From Syntrophorhabdaceae bacterium (GTDB lineage: Bacteria > Desulfobacterota > Syntrophorhabdia > Syntrophorhabdales > Syntrophorhabdaceae): a stretch of 64,000 bases of DNA. Position numbers and translations under genes: made by a program. The notes below the pieces were generated by a model. The model saw only the letters and a list, made by a program, of their open reading frames with translations, made no database searches and was not told the DNA's origin. Where the stretch lies: NCBI GenBank assembly GCA_963666485.2, contig CAXXUO010000006.1:1-64000 (forward strand). Direction: 5' to 3'. Position 1 is the stretch's first letter. Every line of letters begins with the position of its first letter. Below, one piece after another: positions 21,300 through 31,651 of the stretch.

Positions 21300-22292
21300 A
21301 TGGACCTCTCGACCACATATCTCGGACTTAAGCTCTCCAACCCGTTCATTGCAGGCCCGTCCCCCCTTACCGGCCGTTTCGACACGGTCAGGGGCCTTGA
21401 GGAGGCCGGCATTGGGGCCATCGTGACTCCACCGCTTTTCGAAGAGCAGCTTAAGGACGCCGAGATGGACCTCTTCCGATCTATCGACACTCCGGCCGAG
21501 TCTTTCCCCGAGGCGCTGTCGTATTTCGCCGAACCCGAACGCCCCCTGGTCGCTGTCGAAGGCTACGTGGCGCATATAGCAGAACTGAAGAAACAGGCTG
21601 GCGTTCCCGTCATAGCGGCTATTAACGCTGTCACGCGGGACCGGTGGACCGACTACGCGAGGCGGATGGAGGATGCGGGCGTCGATGCGCTGGAGCTTGA
21701 TTTTTACTTCGTCGGGAACGATGCAGACCAGTCAGGCTCCGAAATCGAAGGGCGCTTTATCGATGCCCTGACAGCGGTGAAACAGTCTGTACGGATCCCC
21801 GTAAGCGTAAAGATCACACCCTTTCACACCTCTCTCGCGCACTTTGGGTGGAGCCTGGAGAAAGCGGGGGCCGACGGCATAGTCCTCCTTCACCGGTTTT
21901 ATGAGCCCGACCTGGATATTGAGAACCTGGAGCCCATCTCGAGGCTTAAGCTTTCCGATTCCCGGGAATTGCCCTTGAGGCTGAGGTGGCTCGCGATCAT
22001 CTCCGGCAAGGCCGCCTGTTCCCTTGCTGCGAGTGGTGGTGTCCATTCGGTTGAGGACGCGGTCAAGGCCATCATGACGGGGGCAGACTGTGTGCAGGTG
22101 ACCTCGGCGCTTTTGAAAAACGGGATAGGGTACGCGGCATCCTTGCGTCAAGGGCTTGAGGCCTGGCTTCAGCATAAAGAGTACGAATCGCTGGGGCAAA
22201 TGCGGGGCAGCATGAATATTGAGCGGATCCCGGAGCCCGGGGCCTTTTCGAGGGCCCACTACATGCATCTCATGGACTCGTGGGGGACGTAG
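21300..22292 (+). CDS. Dihydroorotate dehydrogenase-like FMN protein (PFOR-associated family)
   Basis: MDLSTTYLGLKLSNP, LFEEQ, IPVSVK, RFYEPDLD and LAASGGVH; lacks the N-x-S-C-P-N catalytic loop. Confidence 0.85.
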   Translation: MDLSTTYLGLKLSNPFIAGPSPLTGRFDTVRGLEEAGIGAIVTPPLFEEQLKDAEMDLFRSIDTPAESFPEALSYFAEPERPLVAVEGYVAHIAELKKQAGVPVIAAINAVTRDRWTDYARRMEDAGVDALELDFYFVGNDADQSGSEIEGRFIDALTAVKQSVRIPVSVKITPFHTSLAHFGWSLEKAGADGIVLLHRFYEPDLDIENLEPISRLKLSDSRELPLRLRWLAIISGKAACSLAASGGVHSVEDAVKAIMTGADCVQVTSALLKNGIGYAASLRQGLEAWLQHKEYESLGQMRGSMNIERIPEPGAFSRAHYMHLMDSWGT

Positions 22293-22369
22293 CAGGCTAA
22301 AGCCAGCCGGCGGACGCGGCCTTAAAAGATGTCGGCCCCGCGCCGCGTGAGCGAAACAGGAGGGAAGGA

Positions 22370-23821
22370 ATGAACATCGATTCACCAAAAACGAAGATCG
22401 TGTGTACTATCGGACCCGCCTCCGAGTCGCCCCAAATGATGAAGCAGATGATCGAGGCAGGTATGAATATCGCACGGCTCAATTTTTCGCACGGTGAATT
22501 CGCAGCCCACAAAAAAGTCATCGACAATCTGCGGGCCGTTTCCGGGTCATTGGGCACAAGGATTGCCATCATGGCCGACCTTTCCGGACCGAAGATGCGG
22601 ATCGGGAACGTCACCCCGGAGCCGACGGAACTCAAAGCCGGTGATACTTTCGTGCTTACCACCGACCAGGACGCAAGCGGGACCGGTCGGGTATCGGTCA
22701 CCTTCATGGGTCTCCCCGGGGCCGTGAAACCCGGCGACATACTCTTTCTCAACGATGGGTACATCCAGTTGAAAGTAGCAGAGGTAAAAGGAAACGATGT
22801 CATCTGCACGGTGCTGGTAGGGGGAGAGATCCGTTCCCGCAAAGGGCTTAACCTGCCGGGGATCGACCTCGGGATCGACGCATTCACGGAAAGGGACCGC
22901 GAGTGCCTGAAGTTCGCCCTGGAGAACGGGGTAGACGCCGTCAGCCAGTCTTTCGTCGAACGCGCTGCCGATATCGAGGCGGTGCGCAAGGCGGCGGCAG
23001 ACCTCGGCCATTCTCCCTTCGTCATCGCCAAGATAGAACGTTCCGGCGCCCTTGAACACATCGAGCGGATACTCAGGGCGGCCGACGGCATCATGGTCGC
23101 GCGCGGTGACCTGGGTGTGGAGATCCCTATCGAGGACATCGCTGTTGTACAAAAGAGGATCATCCGTTTGGCAAATATGCTCGGTAAACCGGTCATTACG
23201 GCCACCCAGATGCTCGAGTCCATGGTCGACAACCGCCGTCCGACACGGGCGGAGGCAACAGACGTGGCGAATGCGATCTTTGACGGGACCGACTGCGTCA
23301 TGTTGTCCGCCGAATCCGCCATGGGGAGGTACCCTGTGGACGCCGTCGCCATGCTTGCGAAGATCGCGGCGTCCTCAGAGGCCCACCGGCCCTCCCACAC
23401 GGTGCGGGGGTTGTTCAAGGATATCGATCTCGAGGGAAAGGTACGCCCCGAACATCTCGTTGCCATCAGTGTACAGGCCTGCATGGAGTACTCAATGCCG
23501 GCGGCTGTATTCGTCCCCACCAGCAGCGGGGCCACGGCCCGGAACATAGCGCGGTTCCGCCTTCCTGTCTGGACCGTTGCCATCAGCAGGAATGAGGCGA
23601 CATGCCGGCACCTTCAGTTCTCCTCAGGTGTATTTGCGGTACAGGAAGGGCAAACCCCGGAAAACTGGAAAGAATACGTGAGAGCGTGGGTGGATGCCCA
23701 CGGCCTGAAAGGAGATCTGGCCCTTGTTACAGAGGGGCCTTCATCCCGGCATCCGGAAGCCAACCACAGTATGGATATCATCGAACTCTTGGCCGAAACC
23801 GGCCGGGAAGGAGTGTCGTGA
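22370..23821 (+). CDS. pyk: Pyruvate kinase
   Basis: [40 protein letters not shown] and PTRAE motifs. Confidence 0.97.
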   Translation: MNIDSPKTKIVCTIGPASESPQMMKQMIEAGMNIARLNFSHGEFAAHKKVIDNLRAVSGSLGTRIAIMADLSGPKMRIGNVTPEPTELKAGDTFVLTTDQDASGTGRVSVTFMGLPGAVKPGDILFLNDGYIQLKVAEVKGNDVICTVLVGGEIRSRKGLNLPGIDLGIDAFTERDRECLKFALENGVDAVSQSFVERAADIEAVRKAAADLGHSPFVIAKIERSGALEHIERILRAADGIMVARGDLGVEIPIEDIAVVQKRIIRLANMLGKPVITATQMLESMVDNRRPTRAEATDVANAIFDGTDCVMLSAESAMGRYPVDAVAMLAKIAASSEAHRPSHTVRGLFKDIDLEGKVRPEHLVAISVQACMEYSMPAAVFVPTSSGATARNIARFRLPVWTVAISRNEATCRHLQFSSGVFAVQEGQTPENWKEYVRAWVDAHGLKGDLALVTEGPSSRHPEANHSMDIIELLAETGREGVS

Positions 23822-24567
23822 AGAAACTCGTCCTGCTCCGCCACGGCGAGAGCACATGGAACAGGGAAAACCGTTTCACCGGGTGGACCGACGTGCCCCT
23901 CTCGGAAACGGGCATCGAGGAGGCGCTTAAGGCTGGTCGCCTTCTGAAGGAGGGAGGTTTCACCTTCGATATCGCATTTACCTCTGTGTTGAAGCGGTCC
24001 ATCAAGACCCTGTGGATCGTCCTCGAGGAGATGGACCTGATGTGGATCCTCGTTATGCGCAGCTGGCGTCTGAACGAACGCCACTATGGTGCGCTTCAAG
24101 GGTTCAACAAGAGCGAGTCGGCCGTCGAGCACGGAGAGGAACAGGTGCGCCTGTGGCGCCGCAGCTACAATGTGCCGCCACCCCCTTTAAGTCCCGACGA
24201 CCCGCGCCACCCCCGTCATGACCCGAAGTACGCCATGCTCCACCCCGGGGACCTTCCTGCCACGGAGTGTCTCAAGGACACGGTGAATCGTGTCCTGCCA
24301 TACGCACAAGAAAGTATCGGTCCGGCGCTCAGGGAAGGGAAACGCGTACTGGTCGTCGCCCACGGGAACACCTTGAGGGGCTTCATCAAATATGCCGAGA
24401 GGATATCCGACGAAGATATCGCCGGCCTCAATATTCCCACGGCGGTGCCGGTCGTGTATGAACTGGAGGACGATATGAGGATCATCCGGAGATACTACCT
24501 CGGCGACCCTGATACTGTGGAAAGGTCTGTTCAGGCAGTGGCAGACCAGGCGAAGAAGGAAACATAG
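23818..24567 (+). CDS. gpmA: 2,3-BPG-dependent phosphoglycerate mutase
   Basis: [27 protein letters not shown] and AHGN; GTG start overlaps the pyk stop. Confidence 0.96.
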   Translation: MKKLVLLRHGESTWNRENRFTGWTDVPLSETGIEEALKAGRLLKEGGFTFDIAFTSVLKRSIKTLWIVLEEMDLMWILVMRSWRLNERHYGALQGFNKSESAVEHGEEQVRLWRRSYNVPPPPLSPDDPRHPRHDPKYAMLHPGDLPATECLKDTVNRVLPYAQESIGPALREGKRVLVVAHGNTLRGFIKYAERISDEDIAGLNIPTAVPVVYELEDDMRIIRRYYLGDPDTVERSVQAVADQAKKET

Positions 24568-24683
24568 CGCCCGATGCGTGACAGCCTGTCCGGATGATGG
24601 GTTAAAAAGCTCTCGAGGCATACGCCGGGAAGCTCATCCCGCATTGCCGGGAAAAGACGCGGGGTGCGCAAGGAGATAATGCT

Positions 24684-25118
24684 ATGAAAATATTGACCAC
24701 ACCGAGAATGGAGCGGTGCATCGGATGCCACTCCTGTGCTCTCGCCTGTGCGAGGCTTGTGCACAAAAATCTGTCATGGGCTACCGCCGGGATACGGATA
24801 CACTCGTCAGGCGGATTATCGACGGGTTTCGAGGCAAAGACCTGTCTCGCCTGCGACCCCGCCCCCTGCGCTGAGGCCTGCCCTACTGGCGCTTACTCGC
24901 AGCGGAAGGACGGCGGCGTTATCGTGAAGAAGAGTCTCTGCATTCGCTGCGGGAAGTGCGCTGAGGCCTGCCCTGTGGATGCCATATATCTTGACGACTC
25001 CACCGAACCGTTCGTATGTTTACATTGCGGGCGCTGTGTCCCTTTCTGCCCGCATGACTGCCTCGAGATGGCGGATGCCCCCGGAAAGAGGTCAGTTCAG
25101 AAGGGAGGTGCGGCATGA
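24684..25118 (+). CDS. 4x[4Fe-4S] electron-transfer subunit of the adjacent AOR-family enzyme
   Basis: Four Cys motifs (CIGCHSCALAC, CLACDPAPCAEAC, CIRCGKCAEAC, CLHCGRCVPFC); ATGA overlap with the next gene. Confidence 0.9.
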   Translation: MKILTTPRMERCIGCHSCALACARLVHKNLSWATAGIRIHSSGGLSTGFEAKTCLACDPAPCAEACPTGAYSQRKDGGVIVKKSLCIRCGKCAEACPVDAIYLDDSTEPFVCLHCGRCVPFCPHDCLEMADAPGKRSVQKGGAA

Positions 25119-26872
25119 TCAGGGATCATTTCAGGGTCCTGGGAGTCGATCTTACGACGGGCCGCGGGAACGTCGAGATCGTCGAAGGCAGGGACCTGGT
25201 TGCCGGCGGAAGCGGCCTCGCAGCCCTGCTTTTCGAAAGGCACGGGCATCCGGACAAACCATGGGATGACCCGGACCAGCCCCTCATTTTCGCAATAGGG
25301 CCGCTTACAGGTTATTTCCCGCTCATGAGCAAGACAGTCTGCGCCTTCAAGTCCCCCTATCACGACCAGTATGCGGAGAGCCACGGCGGCGGACGCTCGG
25401 CCCTTGCACTTCGTTTTGCAGATTACGATGCGCTGGTGGTGACGGGCAGGGCACAGAATCCATCCGTAATAGCGCTCGGGTCACGTCACCTGGGGATTAT
25501 CGATGCTTCCTACCTCTGGGGCAAGGATGTATTCGAGACAGGGAAGATGCTGCGCGGGATGTCGAAGGGTTCGGGACATCGCAGTATTCTGCGGATCGGG
25601 CCCGCCGGTGAGCTTGGCTCGTCCTACGCGGAGATCAACGTCGACACGTACCGGCATTTCGGGCGGCTTGGCGGCGGGACCGTCATGGGGAACAAGAACC
25701 TCAAGGCTATAGTAATAAGGGGTGACGCCGCTTTTCCTCTCCCGGAATCGAAGGAGTATCAGAAGATTTTCCAGGAGGTTTACACAAAGCTTACCGATAC
25801 TGACATGATGAGCAAATACCACGACATAGGCACACCGATAAACATGGCCGCGCTCAACAAGCTGAATATGCTTCCCATCCGTAACCTTCAGCTGACAACG
25901 GACCGGGGCATCGATGCAATAACGGGTGAAAGGTTTGCCGATGACACCCTTCTCAGGAACGCCGCCTGCGCGGGCTGCCCGGTGGGGTGCATTCACATAG
26001 GGTTTGTCCGCGAGCGCTTCACGAAAGAGCACCGCTATATTTACCATCAGGTTTCCTACGATCATGAGCCGATCTTCGCCGTGGGAGCGATGCTGTCCGT
26101 CATGGACCCTTTCCAGGTCCTCGCGATAATCGACGTATCCGAGAAGATGGGACTCGACGTGATGTCTGCGGGTGTTGCCCTCGCCTGGGCCACCGAAGCG
26201 ACGGAAAAAGGTCTTCTTTCGGAACGGGAGACACTCGTCCGCCTTTCGTTTGGTGATACCGAGGCCTATAAGGACGCGATGGAGCACCTCGGGCGGGGAA
26301 CGAACGAGTTTTACCGCCTGTTGACGCAGGGGACACTCAAGGCCGCCGACCATTACGGCGGAAGGGAGTATTCGTGCGTTCTCGGTCAGGAAATGGCGGG
26401 CTACGCGACCGGCGAGGTGTACTTTGCCTCGCAGGCCCTGGGGTTGCGCCACTCACACCTCGATAGCGGCGGTTATTCCTATGATCAGAAAGAAACCGGC
26501 AAGGATGTGTCCAAGGCGATCGATTTCCTCGTTAAGGATGAGCAGGGCAGGGTGCTGCTTACCTCAATGGTGGCGTGCCTTTTTGCACGGGGCGTGTACA
26601 CGGACGAGCTGCTGGCGAGGTGCTTGAAGTCGGTCGGCTACGATAATCTTGCCGAGAACATGGGGCCCGTCTCACGGGCGATCCAGCAGCTGCGCTGGAA
26701 GATGAGGCTTGATACCGGCTACAAGCCGGAGGACATCGCAATCCCGAAGCGCTTTTACGAAGTGACAACGGTGAAAGGCGCCGTGGACGCGGCATTTTTG
26801 GATGAACTGATGAAAGAGTATGCCAGGACCATCCGTAAGCTGGCGGCAGCCGGGGAGGGTGCCCCGTTGTGA
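25115..26872 (+). CDS. Aldehyde:ferredoxin oxidoreductase family W/Mo-pterin enzyme, probably GOR-type (glyceraldehyde-3-phosphate) large subunit
   Basis: FKSPY..ESHGGG, IGPAGE, GRLGGGTVMGNKNLKAI, CAGCPVGC and GLDVMSAG; 585 aa; glycolytic gene context. Confidence 0.85.
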   Translation: MIRDHFRVLGVDLTTGRGNVEIVEGRDLVAGGSGLAALLFERHGHPDKPWDDPDQPLIFAIGPLTGYFPLMSKTVCAFKSPYHDQYAESHGGGRSALALRFADYDALVVTGRAQNPSVIALGSRHLGIIDASYLWGKDVFETGKMLRGMSKGSGHRSILRIGPAGELGSSYAEINVDTYRHFGRLGGGTVMGNKNLKAIVIRGDAAFPLPESKEYQKIFQEVYTKLTDTDMMSKYHDIGTPINMAALNKLNMLPIRNLQLTTDRGIDAITGERFADDTLLRNAACAGCPVGCIHIGFVRERFTKEHRYIYHQVSYDHEPIFAVGAMLSVMDPFQVLAIIDVSEKMGLDVMSAGVALAWATEATEKGLLSERETLVRLSFGDTEAYKDAMEHLGRGTNEFYRLLTQGTLKAADHYGGREYSCVLGQEMAGYATGEVYFASQALGLRHSHLDSGGYSYDQKETGKDVSKAIDFLVKDEQGRVLLTSMVACLFARGVYTDELLARCLKSVGYDNLAENMGPVSRAIQQLRWKMRLDTGYKPEDIAIPKRFYEVTTVKGAVDAAFLDELMKEYARTIRKLAAAGEGAPL

Positions 26873-28768
26873 AGTCCCTGATCTTCCTTATAGTTTTTCC
26901 TCTCTTTGTCGCGGGAGTGGCCGCATTGCTGCCTGCCGCGCGGCTTGCGCTGAGAAAGACGCTCGGCGTTATAGCAGCAGTTGCTTTAAGCGCCGTCCCG
27001 ATCTACCTGCTCGTCTCCTATATCGACAAAGGGCCTGTGTATTTTCCTGTCGAGAGCCATACGGTCAATATTGCCATGCTTATTGCAGAGATGGGCATCG
27101 CAGCTCTCATCGTGTACATCTCCTTGAGGTCGAAGAGGTCCCTGCCCGTTGTCCTCGTGGTTGTCCAGTCGCTGATCATGGTGATCTTCGAGTTCACGGC
27201 GGGCCGCGGAATGACGGTTGAACACGGCCTGTTCGTGGACAAGTTCTCCATCATCATGGCGCTTATCGTCGGCGTTATCGGAAGCGCCATCTGTCTCTAC
27301 GCGATCGGCTATTTCCCGGAATATCACGAGCACCACAAGGAGGTCAGGCCGAGGCGCAGGTATTTCTTCTTCCTCATATACCTCTTTCTCTCCGCCATGT
27401 TCGGCATAGTCTTCTCCAATAACCTGATGTGGCTCTACTTCTTCTGGGAAATAACGACGATCTGCTCCGCCCTGCTCATCGGTTACAGGAACGACGAGCA
27501 GTCGATCCAGAGCATGTTCCGGGCGCTCAACATGAACCTGCTGGGAGGCGTCCGTATTTGCCGTTGGCCTCGTCTATCTCTATAGCTCGACCGGGGTTAT
27601 GGAACTCGATAAACTGATACGGCTCGAGCAGACGTATGCGCTGCTTCCCGCGGTATGCCTTTCCTTTGCCGGTCTTGTGAAATCGGCCCAGCTTCCGTTC
27701 TCCTCCTGGCTCACAGGCGCCATGGTCGCCCCCACGCCCGTGTCCGCACTGCTCCATTCGAGCACCATGGTAAAAGCCGGGGTGTACCTGATCCTGAGAG
27801 TGGCCCCGGCGCTCGAGAACACGGCAGCGGCAAAGATGCTCATGCTCATCGGCGGCGTCAGTTTCATCGTTACCGCCTTCATAGCCATCTCCCAGAGCAA
27901 CGCCAAGAAGGTGCTCGCCTATTCGACTATCTCCAACCTGGGCCTCATCGTGGCCTGTGCGGGCATCAATACGGCAGCCGCGATATGGTCGGCACTGCTC
28001 CTGATCATCTTCCATGCCGTGGCCAAGTCGCTTCTCTTCCTCTGCGTGGGCATCATCGAATACAAGCTCGACAGCCGCGACATAGAGGATATGGATTACC
28101 TGATCATGCGCCTGCCGAAACTGACGGCCGTGATGATGATCGGCATGGCGGGGATGTTCATCGCACCCTTCGGGATGATCATCAGCAAGTTCGTAACGCT
28201 CAAGGCGTTCATCGAAACGAACCCCGGAATGGCGGTGATCCTGGCGTACGGCAGCGCAGCAACGGTCATCTTCTGGGTGAAATGGATGGGCAAGATCATG
28301 TCCATCAGGCACGGAATGACGGACGTCGTGGAAAACCGGATAAGCGGCTGGGAATGGTTCACGCTCACAGTGCTGGCCCTCTCCACGGTAGCGGTCTGTT
28401 TTGCCTTCCCCTTTATCTCCCGGGGGATCATCGACCCTACCTGGCGGAATTGTTCACGGCCGTCCCCGTGCTCGAGACCCTTAACATCACGATAACCTTT
28501 TTCATATTTGTCGGCCTGCTCATTATCCTACCCCTCGGACTCCTCTATTTTGCGTTTGCCAATAAGAATTACAGAAGGGTAGGGACCTACCTCGGAGGGG
28601 CGAACATCGACAACGTCACCTTCGAAGGAGCGATGGAGGTCGAGGCAGATGATACGGATGAAGAACTATTACCTCGAGAAGTACTTCGGGGAGGAACGCC
28701 TGTTCAATGCCGGCGTCCTGGTTTCCCTGACCCTGCTTCTCGTCATGTTCGGGGCGGCATTGATATGA
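26869..28768 (+). CDS. echA: Ech hydrogenase subunit A (NuoL/MrpA-like); three frameshifts
   Basis: FFWEITT, KSAQLPFSSWL.GAMVAPTPVSALLHSSTMVKAG, KKVLAYST and C-terminal KNYYLEKYFGE in different frames. Indels near 27553, 28436 and about 28640. Confidence 0.88.
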
Positions 28769-29646
28769 ACAGCGTGTATGAAATATACCAGGCTCTCGGC
28801 ATCTTCGAAAGGATACTGGCCTTTATCGTGCTGGCGCCGATTGTCGGGGCGCTCCTGGCCGGCCTTGACCGGAAATTGAGCGCACGTCTGCAGGGCAGGT
28901 ACGGTCCGCCCGTGAGACAGCCTTTCTTCGACGTCATGAAGCTTCTCCACAAGGAAAGGATCGTTGTCAACAAATTCCAGAACTTCAACGTCATCCTCTT
29001 CTTCCTGTTCACCGTGCTGTCCGGCGCCCTCTTTTTTGCCGGTGCGGACCTCCTTCTCACTATCTTCGCCCTGGCCCTGGCGGAAACGTTTTTCATCCTG
29101 GCAGGGTTTTCCGTCAGCTCTCCCTACAGCCACATCGGTGCCGAACGCGAGGTGATACAGATGGCGTCCTACGAACCGATGGTGATCCTCGTGGCCGTGG
29201 GGATGTACCAGGCGGCGGGCACGTTCAACGTCGGCGATCTCGTGCAGCACCAGGGACCGCTGATACTGTACCTTCCCGGGATCTTTGCGGGCTTTTTGTA
29301 TATTCTCACGATCAAGTTCAGGAAATCGCCCTTTGACCTTTCCATGAGCCACCATGCGCACCAGGAGATCGTCCGCGGGATAACCACCGAATTTTCGGGT
29401 CCCACACTCGCCCTCATCGAGGTGACGCACTGGTATGAAAATGTCCTTCTCCTCGGCATCGTATATCTTTTCTTCGGCTTTAACCCCTGGATCGCCCTCG
29501 CGGCCACCCTGGGGACGTACGCATTCGAGATCTTTATCGATATGAATTACGCCCGTTTCAAATGGCAGCTGACGCTCGGGAGCGCCTGGGCATTCACGGC
29601 CGTGGCCGGGGTCTCCAATATTATCGTTCTCAGTATGATGAAATAA
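28765..29646 (+). CDS. echB: Ech hydrogenase subunit B (NuoH-like)
   Basis: GLDRKLSARLQGRYGPP, KSPFDLS and HQEIVRGITTEFSG; start MNSVYE overlaps the echA stop. Confidence 0.92.
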   Translation: MNSVYEIYQALGIFERILAFIVLAPIVGALLAGLDRKLSARLQGRYGPPVRQPFFDVMKLLHKERIVVNKFQNFNVILFFLFTVLSGALFFAGADLLLTIFALALAETFFILAGFSVSSPYSHIGAEREVIQMASYEPMVILVAVGMYQAAGTFNVGDLVQHQGPLILYLPGIFAGFLYILTIKFRKSPFDLSMSHHAHQEIVRGITTEFSGPTLALIEVTHWYENVLLLGIVYLFFGFNPWIALAATLGTYAFEIFIDMNYARFKWQLTLGSAWAFTAVAGVSNIIVLSMMK

Positions 29647-29663
29647 TAGAGGGGAATAGATAG

Positions 29664-30110
29664 ATGAAATGGTTCAAACGATCGCCATGGGTCCTCCACT
29701 ATAACGCCACGAGCTGCAACGGGTGCGACACGGAGGTCATCGTCTGCCTCACCCCCCTGTATGATCTGGAGCGGTTCGGCATTATGAGCACGGGCAATCC
29801 CAAGCACGCCGATATCCTGGCCGTCACGGGATCGGTGAACGAGAAGAGCGTCCAGGTGGTGAAAAACCTCTACGATCAGATGCCGAATCCCAAGGTCGTC
29901 GTAGCGGTCGGCATCTGCGCCACTTCAGGATGTGTGTTCCAGGATTGTTACAACGTCAGGGGAGGCGTCGACAAGGTCCTGCCCGTAGACGTGTATGTCC
30001 CGGGATGTGCGGCGCGGCCCGAAGCTATTATCGACGGGATACTCCGGGCCTGCGATATTCTCGAACAAAAACAGGCCGAAAGGAAAAGGAGCGCGGGGAA
30101 CAAGTCATGA
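29664..30110 (+). CDS. echC: Ech hydrogenase small subunit C (NuoB-like)
   Basis: SCNGCDTE, NPKHAD, VGICA and YVPGCAARPE motifs. Confidence 0.93.
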   Translation: MKWFKRSPWVLHYNATSCNGCDTEVIVCLTPLYDLERFGIMSTGNPKHADILAVTGSVNEKSVQVVKNLYDQMPNPKVVVAVGICATSGCVFQDCYNVRGGVDKVLPVDVYVPGCAARPEAIIDGILRACDILEQKQAERKRSAGNKS

Positions 30111-30529
30111 GCGAACCTCAGGAAATAATACCGCTGCCGAAGCACGATCTCGTGGGGGTGGTTGCCCGCCTTTATGCGGAAGGCTACCGGCTCGTACAGA
30201 TCAGCTGCAACACCCTTCCGGCTGAATACGAACTCAACTATTCATTCGACAAGGACTATCAATTTAAAAACCTTCGCGTTAGCGTAGGTCCCGGGGAAGA
30301 CGTTCCCAGTATCAGCATGATCTACCAGAACGCTTTCCTGTATGAGAACGAGATCCATGACCTGTTCGGCGTCACGGTCACGAACATCTCTATCGACTAT
30401 GGCGGGACGCTTTACCGGACCGCTATCAAGGCCCCGTTCAGTATTGACAACGTAAAGTTTCCCGAGCCTCCGAAGGCAAAGACGGACGCTCCGGGAAAAG
30501 CCCCTAAGGAACCAAAGGAACAGGCTTGA
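30107..30529 (+). CDS. echD: Ech hydrogenase subunit D (NuoC-like)
   Basis: YRLVQISC, ELNYSF and PSIS..AFLYENEIHDLFG motifs. Confidence 0.9.
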   Translation: MSEPQEIIPLPKHDLVGVVARLYAEGYRLVQISCNTLPAEYELNYSFDKDYQFKNLRVSVGPGEDVPSISMIYQNAFLYENEIHDLFGVTVTNISIDYGGTLYRTAIKAPFSIDNVKFPEPPKAKTDAPGKAPKEPKEQA

Positions 30530-30569
30530 AGGGCCTGAAGGCCAAAAAGAACGGAAGGAGCAGTCTCTT

Positions 30570-31649
30570 ATGGCGCGGATAGCAGTTTTACCCTTTGGAC
30601 CACAACACCCGGTCCTGCCCGAACCGATCCACTTCGATCTCGTGATAGAGGATGAAAGGGTTGTAGACGCGATTCCCTCCATAAGTTACGTCCACCGGGG
30701 ACTGGAAAGGCTGATCGAAAAGAGGGATTTCATCGATTTTGTGCACGTCGCCGACAGGATATGCGGCCTGTGCAGCTTTATGCACTGCATGGGTTATTGC
30801 CAGGCCGTGGAACAGATCATGGGCATAGAAGTGCCGCCGCGGGCGGTCTACCTGAGGACCATCTGGGCAGAGTTGGCACGGGTCCACAGCCACATCTTCT
30901 GGCTCGGTGTGGCAGCCGATGCCTTCGGTTACGAGAGCCTGTTCATGCAATCCCTGCGGCTCAGAGAGACAATCCTCGACATATTCGAAGAGACAACGGG
31001 GGCCAGGGTGATCCTGGGAACGTGCAAGGTGGGAGGCGTCAGAAGGGATATAGACGCTGATATGCTGAAAGGGGTCCTGGCCAAACTCACGAACCTCACG
31101 GCGCATCTACGCGAGGTAAGCCGCGTCTTTATCGACGATTATTCGATCAAGCACCGTCTGGTCGGGGTAGGGTACATATCAAAAGAAGACGCCCATGCGT
31201 TAGGCTGCGTCGGGCCGATGGCGCGGGCAAGCGGGCTCAGCATCGATATGCGCACGCTCGGGTATGCCGCATATAAGGACCTCGAGGTCAAGCCCGTGGT
31301 AGAAACCGGGGGTGACTGCTACGCGCGGTGCCTCGTCAGGATCCGCGAGATCTTTGATTCCATTGATCTCATCCGCGAGGCGGCGGGAAAGATACCCGAG
31401 GGACCGTTCGACGTCAAGGTGAAGGGTGCCCCTGACGGCGAATACTTTTCCCGCATCGAGCAGCCCCGCGGCGAGGTCATCCACTATGTCAAAGGGAACG
31501 GGTCGAAGTTCCTGCAGAGGTTCCGGGTAAGAGTGCCCACTTTCAGCAATATCCCGGCAATGATCACGGTCTTGAAGGGTTCGGAGATCGCTGACGTTCC
31601 CAACATCATACTGACCCTCGACCCCTGCATCAGCTGCACCGAGAGGTGA
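30570..31649 (+). CDS. echE: Ech [NiFe]-hydrogenase large subunit E (group 4e)
   Basis: PFGPQHP, L1 RICGLC and L2 DPCISCTER at the very C-terminus. Confidence 0.95.
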   Translation: MARIAVLPFGPQHPVLPEPIHFDLVIEDERVVDAIPSISYVHRGLERLIEKRDFIDFVHVADRICGLCSFMHCMGYCQAVEQIMGIEVPPRAVYLRTIWAELARVHSHIFWLGVAADAFGYESLFMQSLRLRETILDIFEETTGARVILGTCKVGGVRRDIDADMLKGVLAKLTNLTAHLREVSRVFIDDYSIKHRLVGVGYISKEDAHALGCVGPMARASGLSIDMRTLGYAAYKDLEVKPVVETGGDCYARCLVRIREIFDSIDLIREAAGKIPEGPFDVKVKGAPDGEYFSRIEQPRGEVIHYVKGNGSKFLQRFRVRVPTFSNIPAMITVLKGSEIADVPNIILTLDPCISCTER

Positions 31650-31651
31650 CG

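Noticed and set aside
24568..24683. Moco/Tuco riboswitch ahead of the AOR genes
   Set aside because: I could not find the conserved motif elements by eye; an Infernal search would settle it.
27655..29646. 663 aa fusion ORF containing EchB
   Set aside because: Artefact of the echA frameshifts; echB starts at 28765.
30570..31649. Missing hydrogenase maturation protease
   Set aside because: EchE ends at DPCISCTER with no cleavable extension, which is normal for Ech.
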